DNA from: Chiloscyllium plagiosum
Lineage: Eukaryota
Direction of reading: 5' to 3'
DNA length: 44,189 bases
Assembly (NCBI RefSeq): GCF_004010195.1
Contig: NC_057756.1
Location: forward strand, 5,135,852 to 5,180,040
Under the pieces are notes generated by a model, which saw only the letters and a list, made by a program, of their open reading frames with translations, had not been told where the DNA came from and did no database searches. Made by a program: the position numbers and the translations under genes. Position 1 is the first letter of the stretch. Each line of letters begins with the position of its first letter. Positions 1 through 13,057 of the stretch are shown here, in pieces.

Positions 1-1004
1 GTCCTAGTGCCCCTCACCCTATGCTGAAAGCATTTGAATGAATTCAGAGATTTATTAAGACCTGGAATGAGTAGATTGCCTTATGAGGAAAGGCTAAACC
101 ATCTAGAACTGTATCCTCTGGAGTTCAGAAGAGTCACAAATGACTGAACGGAAAGATATAAGATCCTGAGGGGACGTGATCAGGTGGATATAGAAACGAT
201 GCTTCCTCTTGTGGGAGAGCTGAGAACGAGGGGTACAAAATCAGAAATTGCTGGAAAAACTTAGCAGGTCTGGCAGCACCTGTGGAAAGGAAGCAGGGTG
301 AACCTTTCAGGTCCAGGGACTGTTTGTTTTTGGTTTCGAGCACCTGCAGTGCTTTTTTATTTAATGTTTAGTCTCGAACTAGCGGTGAGAGTTCCAAAAT
401 ACGGAGGTGCTGTTCAAAATAAGAAATGAGGAAATGTTTTTTCCTCTCTCAGAGGAAGTCTTTGGGCTGCCCTTCCGCATTTGGCAATAGATGCAGAATC
501 TTTAACTATTTGGAAGGGAGACTGAGGTAGATTCTTGAGGACCAAAGGAGAGCACGATTATTATGGGAGGCGCAGGGATGTAGAATTGAGGTCCAAATCA
601 GATCAGCCACGATCCTATTGAATGCTGGAGAGCGGGCTGGAGGGGCCGAGATGGTCTTCTCTTGTCCCTTGCTTGGATGACAGTCCCTGTTCAATTTTAG
701 GAGCTGGGGGGGGGTAGCTTTGGAGAGCATGGCATTATTCAATGTTCTTAGGCTCCTAACCTAATCTAGTCCCATTTGCCAGCACCCGGCCCATATCCCT
801 CTTAACCTTCCTATTCATATACCCATCCAGATGCCTTTTAAATGCTTTAATCCAAGTGAGGTTAGTTTAGATTGGGAGCATGGTTGGCAATTAGACCAAA
901 GGGTCTGTTTCCGTGCTGTGTGACTCTTAAAAACAAGAACTGGGGCCACAGTTTACAAATAAGGGGTCAACTGCTGCAGTGAGAGATGAGGAGAAAGCAT
1001 TTTT

Positions 1005-1312
1005 TATTAGATTAGATTCCATACCCTTCGGCCCAACAAGTCTACACCGACCCCCTGAAGAGTAACCCACCCAGACCCATTCCCCTAACCTACATTTACC
1101 CCTGACTAATGCACCAAACACTATGGGACAATTTAGCATGGCCAATTTACCTGACCTGCTCATCTTTGGATTGTGGGAGGAAACCAGAGCACCCAGAGGA
1201 AACGCAGACACGGGGAGAATGTGCAAACCACATAGACAGTCACCCGAGGCTGGAATCGAACCCAGCTTCCTGGCGTTGTGAGGCAGCAGTGCTAACCCAC
1301 TGAGCCACCAGG
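1005..1312 (-). mobile_element. HE1-type tRNA-derived V-SINE
   Basis: A box (tggctcagtgg) and B box (ggttcgattcc), V-domain, CR1-like tail and (aatct)n end. Confidence 0.85.
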
Positions 1313-2435
1313 TAAGATGGATCTTTAAGGATGTGGTCTGCCTTTCTGAGGAAGTGAGAGGTGTAGAGGGAGCCAATGGATGGAAGGCTGGTTCACCTGA
1401 TGGACTGTTCTCAACTCTCTGTAGTTTCCATATCAAGGTAGAATACTTTCCATGGCGCATCTATGAAGGTTAGTCAGAGGCTTTATGGACATGCGGGATC
1501 CCCTTTAACCCCTGAAGATGAAGAGGCATCAAGTTTGTTTGACACTGTCAGCATACGGTTCTGTTTGTTTACCCCGAGTGTACTTTGCTCATCTTGACCT
1601 GAAAGACCATCTGATATCTGTCTGACGAACGCAGTGCGGTGCTAAATTCCATACTGAAACCACTCCCCGGACAGGAAGTTTTATGGGAATTTCCCCATTT
1701 GATTTCTTGGCAGCCAGCTTGCAATGAGGAAACTAAGAACAAGATGTGGCCATTCAGCCCTTCGAACCTGCTCCGCACTTCAGCCTGTTGTGGCTGATCC
1801 TCTCTCGATGCCATGTCCTCCAATACCATTTCACTCAGAGGGCTTTGATCCCTTTGGAATTCTTGATCATAAAGACAAAGGTTTTGTGATACGATCGCTT
1901 GACTATTAATCCTATTAATTCCTGATGAGGGGTCTCTGCCCGAAACTTCGACTCTCCTGACCTGCTGCGCTTTTCCAGCGCCACATTTTTCGACTCTGAC
2001 CCCCAGCATCTGCAGTCTGCACTTCCTCCTGTTAATCCAGAAACTCAGGCTCAGTTCTGGATGACTCAGGCTCAAATCCCACCATTTCAGGTGGCGTAAT
2101 CTGAACTCAATCGGAAGTTACTGATGACCACGAAACCGTTGTCAATTGTCATAAAAGACCATCTGGCTCACTTGTATCCTTTCGGGAAGGAGATCCGACT
2201 CTAGATGTGACTCCAGACCCACAGCCATGTGGTTGACTCTCAACTGCCCTCTGCAAATAAGGATGGGAGATGAAGATCGCCCACGTCCAGAGAACAAATA
2301 AAGAAAAAGAGGGGTTGTGGAAGCTCAGTCTGTTTAAGGTAGAGATTGGTAGATTCCTGATGGGGTTGGGTAAAAGCCATTGAAGTGTTCGCAGTCAGGC
2401 ATGATCGTACTGAAAGGTGTCGGAAGGTGACTGTT

Positions 2436-2925
2436 GGGTGGCATGGCGGCTCAGTGGTTAGCACCGCTGCCTCACAGCGCCAGGGACCCAGGTTCGATTC
2501 CAATCTCGGGCGACTGTCATGTTCTCCCCATGCCTGGGTGGGTTTCCTCCCACAGTCACAAAGATGTGCTGGTTAGGGTGGATTGGCCATGACATGACAT
2601 GACCTGTCTGAAGGTGGCTGTTTGGGTGGCACAGCGGCTCAGTGGTTAACACTGCAGACCTCACAGCGCCAGGGACCCGGGTTCGATTCCAGCCTCGGGT
2701 GACTGTCTGTGTGGAGTTTGCACATTCTCCCTGTGTCTGTGTGGGTTTCCTCCCACAGTCTAAAGATGTGCAGGTCAGGTGAATTGGCCATGCTAAGTTG
2801 CCCCTAGTGTTAGGTGCATTGGTCAGAGGGAGATGGGTAGGTTACTCTTCGGAGGGTTGGCATGGACTGGTTGGGCCGAGGGGCCTGCTTCCGCACTCTA
2901 GGGAGTTAATCTAATCTAATCTAAA
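2436..2925 (+). mobile_element. Two adjacent HE1 SINEs (truncated 2436-2592; near full-length 2623-2925)
   Basis: Two tRNA heads. The second ends in (aatct)n. Confidence 0.85.
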
Positions 2926-3967
2926 TTGGCCATCATTGAGAGCGAGTACTGCAGATACTGGAGATTAGAGTTGAGGGTGGAGTGCTGGAAAAGCACAGGT
3001 CAGGCAGCATCCAAGGAGCAAGAAAACCGATGTTTTGGGATGAAGGGCTTTTGCCTGAAATGTTGGTTTTTCTGCTCCTCGGAAATTGCCCAAAGTGTTC
3101 AGGGATGTGTAGGTTACGAACATTAGTCACGGGCAAATATAGGGTAGGGAACGGGTCTGGGTGGGTTACTCTTCGGAGGGTCAGTGTGGACTCGTTGAGC
3201 CAAAGGGCCTGTTTCCACGCTGCAGGGATTTAACAAAAAAAGTATTTTCTGAAGGAGTTGGATTATAACAGACACTGCCGTTGATCTAACGAAGTAACTT
3301 GCAGCAGTAATCGCATAGGGAGGGTAGAACACATGGAGAGTTTGCTAAAATTGTTTTCGAAAGCAACCAGCCACAGCGCAGAGGGAGAGCGGGTCCTGTT
3401 CACTTCGGAAAGTTCATGCAGTCTTCCATATAAATGGAAGCAATAGGAGCAGATATCAGTGTATGAGGGAATGAGATGCCAGGTCATCAGGTCAGGTCCT
3501 GGGATGGCAGGACTGATGTATGGAGAGAGATTGGATTAGACTGGGCTACACTCATTGGCGTTTAGAAATATAAGGGGGAGGATCTCATAGAAACTAATAA
3601 AATTCCAGCCAGGCAAGATGCAGGAAGGATGTTACTAATGAGCGGGGAGTCCAGAGAGTGTGGAATTCTCTGCCATAGAAAGTGATCCAGACCAAGACAT
3701 TCGAATGTTTTCAAGAAAGAGTTAGATATAGTTGTTCGGGCTAAAGGAATCAAAGGGTATGGGGGAGAAAGCACCTGTAGGGGAGTGAGTTGAATTGTCA
3801 GCCATATTGAATGGCAGAGCAAGCTGTAAGGACTGGGCGGCCTACTCCTGTTCCCATTCTCTGTGTTTCCAGATTCATGTCAGCACGTGCTTCTCGAGAG
3901 AGCAGATTGAAAAACCAGCTTTGTTCGCTCTGACAGGTTGACCAGGCAAACAACAGAAGGAAACCTG

Positions 3968-4965
3968 GGGCGGCACGGTGGCTCAGTGGTTAGCACTGCT
4001 GCCTCACACCACCAGGGACCCAGGTTCGGGTCCAGCCTCGGGCGACTGTCTGTGTGGAGTTTGCACATTCTCCTCATGTCTGTGTGGGTTTCCTCCGGGT
4101 GCTCTGGTTTCCTCACACAGTCCAAAGATGTGCAGGTTAGGGTGGATTGGCCATGCTAAACTGTCCCATAGTGCCTAGGGATGCGTAGGTTAAGGTGGAC
4201 TGGCCATGCTAAATTGTCCCATAGTGTCCAGGGATGTGCAGGTTAGGGTGGATTGGCCGTGCTAAATTGTCCCATAACCTTCAGGGATGTGCAGGCTAGG
4301 GTGGATTGGCCATGCCAAATTGTCCCATAGCGTCCAGTGATGTGCTGGTTAGGGTGGATTGGCCGTGCTAAATTGTCCCATAGTGTCCAGGGATGTGTAG
4401 ATTAGGGTGGATTGGCTGTGCTAAATTGTCCCATAGTGTTTAGGGATGTGTAGGTTAGGGTGGATTGGCCATGCTAAATTGTCCCATAGTGTTCAGGGAT
4501 GTGCAGGTTAGGGTGTATTGGCTGTGCTAAATTGTCCCATTGTGTCCAGGGATGTGTAGATTAGGGTGGATTGGCCATGCTAAATTGTCCCATTGTGTTC
4601 AGGGATGTGCTGGTTAGGGTGGATTGGCTGTGCTAAATTGTCCCATAGCCTTCAGGGATGTATAGATTAGGGTGGATTGGCCGTGCTAAATTGTCCCATA
4701 GCCTTCAAGGGATGTGTAGGTTAGTGTGGATTGGCCGTGCTAAATTGTCCCATCGTGTTCAGGGATGTGTAGGTTAGGGTGGATTGGCCATGCTAAATTG
4801 TCCCATCGTGTTCAGGGATGTGTAGGTTAGATACATTAGTTAGGAGAAATGTAGAGTAATAGGGTAGGAGAATGGGTTACTCTTCAGAGAGGTGCTTTGG
4901 ATTTGTTGGGCCAAAGGGCCTGTTTCCACATGGTAGGGATTCTATGATATTCTATGGATTCTATG
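3968..4965 (+). mobile_element. HE1 SINE with internal 53-bp tandem array (~4127-4830, about 13 units)
   Basis: tRNA head, repeated gggatgtgcaggttagggtggattggccatgctaaattgtcccatagtgtcca unit, then SINE tail. Confidence 0.9.
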
Positions 4966-6124
4966 ATAAAATATTTGCGTAAATCACTTTGCCTAACTCC
5001 TTCATATCGAGCACCAAGAGAATTAAACAGCAACACAGAGCCGAAGAGAGACCACAGTGGAGTATTGTGTGCAGTTCTAGTCTCCTTATCTGAGGAAGGG
5101 TGTTCCAGTGGTGGACGGAGTGTAGTGGAGAATTCACTCAAGTGATAACAGGGATGGCAACACTGAACTATTTGGAAACATTGGTTCGACTGGGCTTATA
5201 CCCACTAGAAGGATGAGAGAAGGTCTGATTAAAATATATCGAATTCTAACAGGGCTGGGCAGACCAGAGGCAGGGAGGATGCTGGTTGGGGAGTCTTGAA
5301 ACAGTCTCAGGGCACTGGCTAGACTGAGATGAGGAAAAATGGCTTCACTCAGTGGGTGATGAAGCTGTGGTATTCTCCAACACAGGAGGCTGTGTCACTG
5401 TAGGAGGAGATAAGTAATGTCTTTCGTTTCAGATGGTATGGACAGGAGTGGGAATGTGATATTGGGATCGAGAATCAGCCATGATCATAGCAAGCCAGGC
5501 TCGAAGGACCGAATGGCCAACTCCTGCTCCTCGTTTCTCTGTCTAATCACCCATTCGAGTTCTTACAGTCACTGAATTCATCTGTAGAAATCAGCTAAAA
5601 AGATCACTGATATTTTACCGTGCAGCTAGTCACAATACTGTGTCATTTTCCTATTGTATGCACATAAAGTTGGGATAAAGTTTACACGCAAAGTGAAGCA
5701 CTTGAAAATATGAAAATCGAAAGCTCCATCTCACTTTCTTTCTCTGAAACATTTGTACATGTTTTGGACCTTCTTTTGCCCATTCGCTAAATACATGATA
5801 CCTACCTCTCATGCTGTGGACTCTCTTGAATTGATCCATTCCATGTAAATTGGAGTTGAGGGTTTAACGCAAGTGATTGGAATAAAATGGGTCCAAACAG
5901 TATGATCAAAAGTTGAAAATGTTCACATGAAATTAAGAGGTGCACTTATATCTTGCGTGCAGCAAGCTAACAAGATATTTATCAAGTTGTTTCTGAACAC
6001 ACCATTGCATTCTGGAAATTATGAGATGGGTTAGTGACATTGTAAATGCTATGGGGCATTTCAGTCTGCACTCAACCTTAAATTGCAGTTGCTTGACTCT
6101 GTTTAATAGCAAACTCGAAAGGTG

Positions 6125-6532
6125 GTAAAAGAAAAGAATTGTGAATGCTGGAAATCTAAAGCAAAAACAGAAATGAATGGATGTGGGTTTGCTCGCTGAG
6201 CTGGAAGGGTCGTTTTCAGATGCTTTGTCACCATACGAGGTAACATCATCAGTGAGGCTTCATCCTGAGGCCTAGTATGGTGATGAAACGTCTGAGGACG
6301 AACCTTCCAGCTCAGTGAACAAACCTGCATCCAGAACCTCAACCAGAGCTACAAATCTCCTCAAAACAGAAATGAACGGAGAGACTCAACAGGTCCGGCA
6401 GCCACTGCGGAGACAGAAAGCAGACTCAACGTTTCAAGTCCAGTGACCCTTCTTCAGAACCGGACTCGAAATGTTGACTCTGTTTCTCTCTCCGCAGAGC
6501 TGCTGAGTTTCTCCGGCCACTTCTGTTTTTCA
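6125..6532. mobile_element. Nested palindromic PLE-type fragments: family C (6180-6366) inside family D
   Basis: Both show inverted arms around hammerhead-like cores. aaaacagaaatgaa is duplicated around the inner element (~6163 and ~6363). Confidence 0.6.
6425..6460 (-). ncRNA. Minimal hammerhead ribozyme motif (PLE-type family D)
   Basis: Minus strand reads gtt-CTGAAGA-a-GGGTC-actg-GACTT-GAAAC-GTT-gag. Other copies read ...gttaac, which would close helix I. Confidence 0.45.
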
Positions 6533-6744
6533 GAAAGTGGCCTCTGAATCTGCCGAGAGCCAAGAACTGAAAGCACCTGCAGTGTAGGCAATGAATTTCC
6601 AACAGATGCAGCTCGATGGATTTAACTCTGACACTGTCTTAGCACAGCCAAATATATTTTCGCCAAACTCTTCCCCGGTGCTCATCAACTTTCGGGGGGG
6701 GGGGGGTCAGTAAAATGTCATGAATATTTTGTTTGCATTCTTAG

Positions 6745-6768
6745 GAGACTAATGACTGTATTTTGGCT
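6745..6768 (+). CDS. Possible 24-bp symmetric micro-exon (phase 2 to 2, RLMTVFW(L)) of the same gene
   Basis: Acceptor ttttgtttgcattcttag, donor gtgagt, and an 87-bp intron to 6856. Phase-compatible but could be chance. Confidence 0.3.
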
Positions 6769-6855
6769 GTGAGTCACATTTAGTGAATGAAAATTGCAAG
6801 AGAATGTAAATTTGCTGAGCAACCTCTACAAGCCTATTGTGTAATATTTATATAG

Positions 6856-6908
6856 GGGAAAAGGTGGATCCCAACAAAAGAATAGCAAATCAGCTTCGTC
6901 TGGAAGTG
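6856..6908 (+). CDS. Internal 53-bp exon (phase 2 to 1) of a putative ITIM/ITSM-bearing receptor tail: GKGGSQQKNSKSASSGS(G)
   Basis: Unique sequence with acceptor ...atttatatag and donor GTG/gtaagt. The frame is open and phase-compatible with the exon at 10940. Confidence 0.65.
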
Positions 6909-7399
6909 GTAAGTGAGCTAGTTCAGCACTCATCACCCTGCTATGCTCGCGCAATTCTCATTGAGTGAAGTGTTTTAATTACTTTACTCAATCAGTGTTA
7001 ATTATAGCTTCTTTGCTCTGCCTTGGCATCTAAATAATAGAAGCGAATGTGTTAAGTGTATCATCGCTTTGCAATAAACCGTTTTCATTCCACAACCGCG
7101 TAAACATAAAGTTTGACGTCAGCTTATGCCAAATCTGGCAAAGGCATATGTTCCGCTCAAAGCTTTTCTGTGTCCTTCAATGCAACCCAATTCATCACCA
7201 AAACAATGTGCAGTGGTTGGAAGATCACATCCTTGCATCCAAGGTCAGTATGCTTGAGTCAAAGTGATTGTTCTCATTATCTTCCCTCCTGTGTTTTTGA
7301 AATTTAATGTGACTGCCATCAAGCACAGACGCTACTCTCCATAACCCACCGCCGAAGTATGAACTGATAGTGAAAAGGCATCAAAACTGTTGAGTTGAA

Positions 7400-8458
7400 G
7401 GGTTCGATTCTAGCCTCGGATGACTGTCTGTGTGGGGTTTGCAGTGTGAGTTTCCTCCGCGTGCCCTGGGTTCTTCCCACAGTCCAAAGGTTTGCAGTTC
7501 AGGGTGGATTGGCCATGCTACATTGTCCCACAGTGTCCAGGGTTGTGCAGGTTAGGGTGGATCGGCCAAGCTAAATTGTCCCATAGTGTCCAGGGTTGTG
7601 CAGGTTAGGGTGGATCGGCCAAGCTAAATTGTCCCATAGTGCCCAGGGACACGTATTTTGGGTGGATTGGCCATGCTAAATTGTCCCATAGTGTCCAGGG
7701 GATGTGCAGGTTAGGGTGGATTGGCCCATAGTCCCCAGGGATGTGCAGGTTAAGGTGGACTGGTTGTGCTAAATTGTCCCATAGCCTTCAGGGATGTGTA
7801 GATTAGGGTGGATTGGCCATGCTAAATTGTCCCATAGTGTCCAGAGATGTGCTGGTTAGGGTGGATTGGCCATGCTAGATTGTCCCATAGCCTTCAGGGA
7901 TGTGTAGATTAAGGGGGGTTGGCCATGCTAAATTGTCCCATCGTGTTCAGGGAAGTGCAGGTTAGGGTGGATTGGCCATGCTAACTTGTCCCATAGTGCC
8001 CAGGGATGTGCAGGTTAGGGTGGATTTGCCATGCTAGATTGTCCCATAGTGTCCTGGGATGTGCAGGTTAGGGTGGATTGGCCATGCTAAATTGTCCCAT
8101 AGTGTGCATGGATGTGTAGGTTAGAGTGAATTGGCCATGCTAAGTTGTCCCATAGTGTCCAGGGATGTGCAGATTAGGGTGGATTAGCCATGCTAAATTG
8201 TCCCATCGTGTTCAGGGATGTGCAGGTTAGGGTGGATTGGCCATGCTAAATTGTCCCATAGTGCCCAGGGATGTGCAGGTTAGGGTGGATTGGCCATACT
8301 AAATTCTCCCATAGTGTCCAGAGATGTGCAAATTAGGTGCATTAGTCAGGGGGAAATGTACAGTGGAATGGGAGTGGTTGGGTTACTTTTCGGAGGGTTG
8401 GTGAAGGTTTGTTGGGCCAAAGGGCCTGTGTCCACACTATCGGGATGCTATGATTCTC
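7400..8458 (+). mobile_element. HE1 SINE with internal 53-bp tandem array (~7487-8335, about 16 units)
   Basis: Same unit with diverged copies. 5'-truncated head and SINE tail present. Confidence 0.9.
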
Positions 8459-8464
8459 TTCAAA

Positions 8465-9225
8465 GGGGATGTTCGCTGATGAATGCATAATGTTCAGCGC
8501 CATTCGTTACTCCTCAGATACTGAAGCAGTCCATGGGCAAATGCAAAAAGATCTGGGCAATATCCAGGCTTGGGTTGGAAAGGGGCAAGAAACATTTGTG
8601 GCACACAAGTGCCAGGCTTTGGGCATCCTCACTTTGAGACAATCTAACATTTCCCTTTGTCATTCCATGGTGTGTGAATTCCATTGACCAGAAACTGAGC
8701 TGGATTTGCCATATAACTGCAATGACCAAAAGAACAGGTCAGAAGCTAACAATATTGTCGTGAGTACCTCACCTCCTGACTCCTCAAAGCCTGTCTAACC
8801 TTGACAAGGCACAAGTCAGGAGTGTGAGGGAATACTCCCCACTTGTCCTGGATGGGGGCAGCTCCAACAACACTCAAGAATCTCGACCCCATCCCGGGAC
8901 AAAGCAGCCCCCGCTTGATTGGCACCATATCCATCTCTCCCCTCTCAATGCTCAGTAGCAGCAGTGTGTGCCATCTACAAGATGCACTGCAGAAATTCAC
9001 CGAAGATCCTCAGACAGCACCTCAGACGTGACCATTTCCATTGAGAAGGACAAGGGCAGTAGATACATGGGAATACCAGCAACTGCAAGTTCCCCGCCGA
9101 GCCACTGACCATCCTGACTTGGAAATATATCGCCGTTCCTTCAGCGTTGCTGAGTCAAAATCATGAAACGCCTTCCTGAAAGGCAATGTACCTACAGCAC
9201 ATGGACTACAGCGGTCCCAGATCTA
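8465..9225 (+). mobile_element. Degenerate CR1/L2-group LINE, 3' part of RT (second LINE family)
   Basis: MFADECIMFSAIRYSSDTEAVHGQMQKDLGNIQAW (YADD-equivalent region). Related pieces at 11740-12030 (+), 17200-17572 (-) and 17985-18270 (-). Confidence 0.75.
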
Positions 9226-9975
9226 ACTGATAACCCTGTCAGTGTAATCTTTCACTCACTCAGGATTAATTCGCAATTAGCATTACTCAACCCAACATTA
9301 TGCTATTTCGAGTCATAGAGCCATACAGCATGGAAACAGACCCTTCGGCCCAACCCGTCCGTGCTGACCAAGCTTCTGAAGCTAAACTAGTCCTATTTGC
9401 CTCTGTTTTCACCCATATCCCAGTAAACCTTTTCTTTCCACGTACCTGTCAAAATGTCTTTTAAATATTGGAGCTGTATTTACATTGACCACTACCTCTG
9501 GCTGATCGTTTCACATATGAATGTGTGAAAAAGTTGCCCTCAGGTTCCTTTTAAATTTCTTTCCTCTCACCTTAAACATATGCTCTCTAGCTTTGAAACT
9601 CCCTTACCCTCGGGAAAAGACATCTGCCCTTCATCTTATCTATGCCCTTTATGATTATATAAACCTTTATACGGTCACCTCTCGGTCTCCTGCGCTCCAG
9701 TGAGAAAAGGTCCCAACCTATCCAATCTCTCTTCGTATTTCAAACAGCCTGGCAAATTGTTTCTGCACCTTCTCCCATTTAATAATACTCTCGCTGACCA
9801 GAATTGTACACAGTACTCCAAAAGTGATCTCACCAACATCCTGTACAGAAGAGAAAAATAACCGATAACTCAATACTGGAGCATTTTCCCTTGTTTTATT
9901 TTAGCATTTTCTGACAATACGTTTCTTTTAGAATTTTCTTAACAAGAAGTACCAACCAGTGATGAAGATATCTTG

Positions 9976-10475
9976 NNNNNNNNNNNNNNNNNNNNNNNNN
10001 NNNNNNNNNNNNNNNNNNNNNNNNNNNNNNNNNNNNNNNNNNNNNNNNNNNNNNNNNNNNNNNNNNNNNNNNNNNNNNNNNNNNNNNNNNNNNNNNNNNN
10101 NNNNNNNNNNNNNNNNNNNNNNNNNNNNNNNNNNNNNNNNNNNNNNNNNNNNNNNNNNNNNNNNNNNNNNNNNNNNNNNNNNNNNNNNNNNNNNNNNNNN
10201 NNNNNNNNNNNNNNNNNNNNNNNNNNNNNNNNNNNNNNNNNNNNNNNNNNNNNNNNNNNNNNNNNNNNNNNNNNNNNNNNNNNNNNNNNNNNNNNNNNNN
10301 NNNNNNNNNNNNNNNNNNNNNNNNNNNNNNNNNNNNNNNNNNNNNNNNNNNNNNNNNNNNNNNNNNNNNNNNNNNNNNNNNNNNNNNNNNNNNNNNNNNN
10401 NNNNNNNNNNNNNNNNNNNNNNNNNNNNNNNNNNNNNNNNNNNNNNNNNNNNNNNNNNNNNNNNNNNNNNNNNNN
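9976..10475. other. Assembly gap (500 N); other gaps at 15441-15892 and 23873-23982
   Basis: Runs of N. Confidence 1.
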
Positions 10476-10939
10476 TGGCTGAGTTGACTACATTAGCAGG
10501 CAGGGCATTCCACACCCTTCCCACTCTCTGCGTAAAGAACCTGCCTCTGACACCTGTCTTAAATCTATCACCCCTCAATTTGCAGTTATGCCCCCTCGTA
10601 CAAGCTGACGTCATTATCTTAGGAGAAAGACTCTCACGGTGTACCCTATTTAGCATGGCCAATTCACCCTGACCTGCACATCTTTGGACTGTGGGAGGAA
10701 ACCGGAGCACCCGGAGGAAACCCACGCAGGCACGGGGAGAGTGTGCAAACTCCACACAGACAGTTGTCCAAGGCTGGAATCGAACCCAGGTCCCGAGAGG
10801 CTGCAGTGCTAACCACTGAGCCACCGTGCCACCCAAATTTCTCAAGGGCAAGTTCTTGTTAGGAGATTTTTTTAAAAATAAGGGCACAGTCTTATTGGAA
10901 AGCTTGCAGAGTAACAAGATCTAAATCTTGATTTTACAG

Positions 10940-10983
10940 GACCAGCGGCATCTAGCAATGGGACCAATCCAGAAAACATGAAG
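10940..10983 (+). CDS. Internal 44-bp exon (phase 1 to 0): (G)PAASSNGTNPENMK
   Basis: Acceptor ...cttgattttacag and donor AAG/gtaaaa. Joins the 53-bp exon to the terminal exon without a stop codon. Confidence 0.7.
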
Positions 10984-11206
10984 GTAAAAGAAACATTGTC
11001 TCTCACTTTTTATTGTTAATTTGTTTGGAGGTTTGAGCAATTTAAACTGCATCAGCATTGACTTTTCACTGACTGCATTTTTAACGTAAAGGATATTATA
11101 TAATCTACATGGATCCGTCAATTCCCTTTCATCAGTGAAGTGGTGGAAGACGTCAATAATACTATCAAACATCACCCGCTCAGCAATAACCTGCTCAGTG
11201 ACGCTC

Positions 11207-11660
11207 AGAATCCCTACAGTGTGGAAACAGGCCCTTCAGCCCAACAAGTCCACACCGGCCCTCCGAGGACTAACCCACCCAGACCCATTCCGCTACACAT
11301 TATCTTATATTTATCCCTGACCAATGCACCTCATTTACACATCACTACGGGCAATTTAGATTAATTAGATTAGATTCCTACAGTGTGGAAACAGGCCCTT
11401 CGGCCCAACAAGTCCACACCGACCCTCCGAAGAGTAACCCAACCACACCCATTCCGTTACACTATTATCCAATATTTACCCCTAACCATGCACCTCGTTT
11501 ACACATCACTATGGGCAATTTAGATTAGATTAGATTGGATTCCCTACAGTGTGGAAACAGGCCCTTCGGCCCAACAAGTCCACACCGATCCTCCGTAGAG
11601 CAACTCACCCAGATACCCAGCTTGGCTAATTCACCTAACCTGAACATCCTTGGATTGTGG
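11207..11660 (-). mobile_element. Three tandem HE1 SINE 3' tails
   Basis: cctacagtgtggaaacaggcccttc...gcccaacaagtccacacc occurs at ~11213, 11377 and 11543. Confidence 0.8.
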
Positions 11661-12064
11661 GTTCCACCGAGACCACTCAGCTCCTGACCCCATTACAGCC
11701 TTGGATCGAAATGGCCAAAAGAGCCGAATTCCAGAGGGGAGATGTGAGTGACAGACCTTCACATCATGGCTGCATTCGACTGAGCGTGGCATCGAGGTGC
11801 CCGAGCAATGCTGGAATCAATGGGCGTGAGGGGGGGGGAATCTCTCCTCTGGTTACAGACATACCTGGCATGGAGAAAGATGGCCCTGGTTGTTGGAGGT
11901 CAGTCATCTCAGCTCCAGGGTATCTGCGCAGGAACTCCTCAGGGTAGTGTCCTCAGCCCAACCATTGGCATGGTGGGCCTACCTCCAGCACTGTGGAGGT
12001 TCAAGAAGGCAGCTCGACTCCACCTCAGCTACTGTGTCCATTGCTCTCGATGTGGTCTCGGCAA

Positions 12065-13057
12065 CATCCCTGGGCACTATGGGACAATTTAGCACGGCCA
12101 ATCCACCCTAACCTGCACATCCCTGGGCACTATGGGACAATTTAGCACGGCCAATCCACCCTAACCTGCACATCCCTGGGCACTATGGGACAATTTAGCA
12201 CGGCCAATCCACCCTAACCTGCACATCCCTGGGCACTATGGGACAATTTAGCACGGCCAATCCACCCTAACCTGCACATCCCTGGGCACTATGGGACAAT
12301 TTAGCACGGCCAATCCACCCTAACCTGCACATCCCTGGGCACTATGGGACAATTTAGCACGGCCAATCCACCCTAACCTGCACATCCCTGGGCACTATGG
12401 GACAATTTAGCACGGCCAATCCACCCTAACCTGCACATCCCTGGGCACTATGGGACAATTTAGCACGGCCAATCCACCCTAACCTGCACATCCCTGGGCA
12501 CTATGGGACAATTTAGCACGGCCAATCCACCCTAACCTGCACATCCCTGGGCACTATGGGACAATTTAGCACGGCCAATCCACCCTAACCTGCACATCCC
12601 TGGGCACTATGGGACAATTTAGCACGGCCAATCCACCCTAACCTGCACATCCCTGGGCACTATGGGACAATTTAGCATGGCCAATCCACCCTAACCTGTA
12701 CATCCCTGGGCACTATGGGGCAATTTAGCACGGCCAATCCACCCTAACCTGCACATCCCTGGGCACTATGGGACAATTTAGCATGGCCAATCCACCCTAA
12801 CCTGCACATCCCTGGGCACTATGGGACAATTTAGCACGGCCAATCCACCCTAACCTGCACATCCCTGGGCACTATGGGACAATTTAGCATGGCCAGTGCA
12901 CCCTAATCTACACATTCTTGGACTGTGGGAGGAAACCGGAGCACCCGGAGGAAACCCACACAGAAACGGGGAGAAGGTGCAAAATCCGCACAGACAGTCG
13001 CCCCGAGGCTGGAATTGAACCCGGGTCCCTGGTGCTGTGAGGCAGCAGTGCTAACCC
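12065..13057 (-). mobile_element. HE1 SINE head (12913-13057) with 16 x 53-bp tandem array (12065-12912), tail missing
   Basis: Exact period of 53 with no indels. The first 11 units appear identical. Confidence 0.9.

Noticed and set aside
3968..4045. tRNA gene-like A/B boxes (also in many other copies)
   Set aside because: They continue into SINE body and tail, so they are SINE heads rather than tRNA genes.
12065..12912. CRISPR-like regular array
   Set aside because: Head-to-tail units with no unique spacers. The unit is SINE-internal sequence in vertebrate DNA and no cas genes are present.
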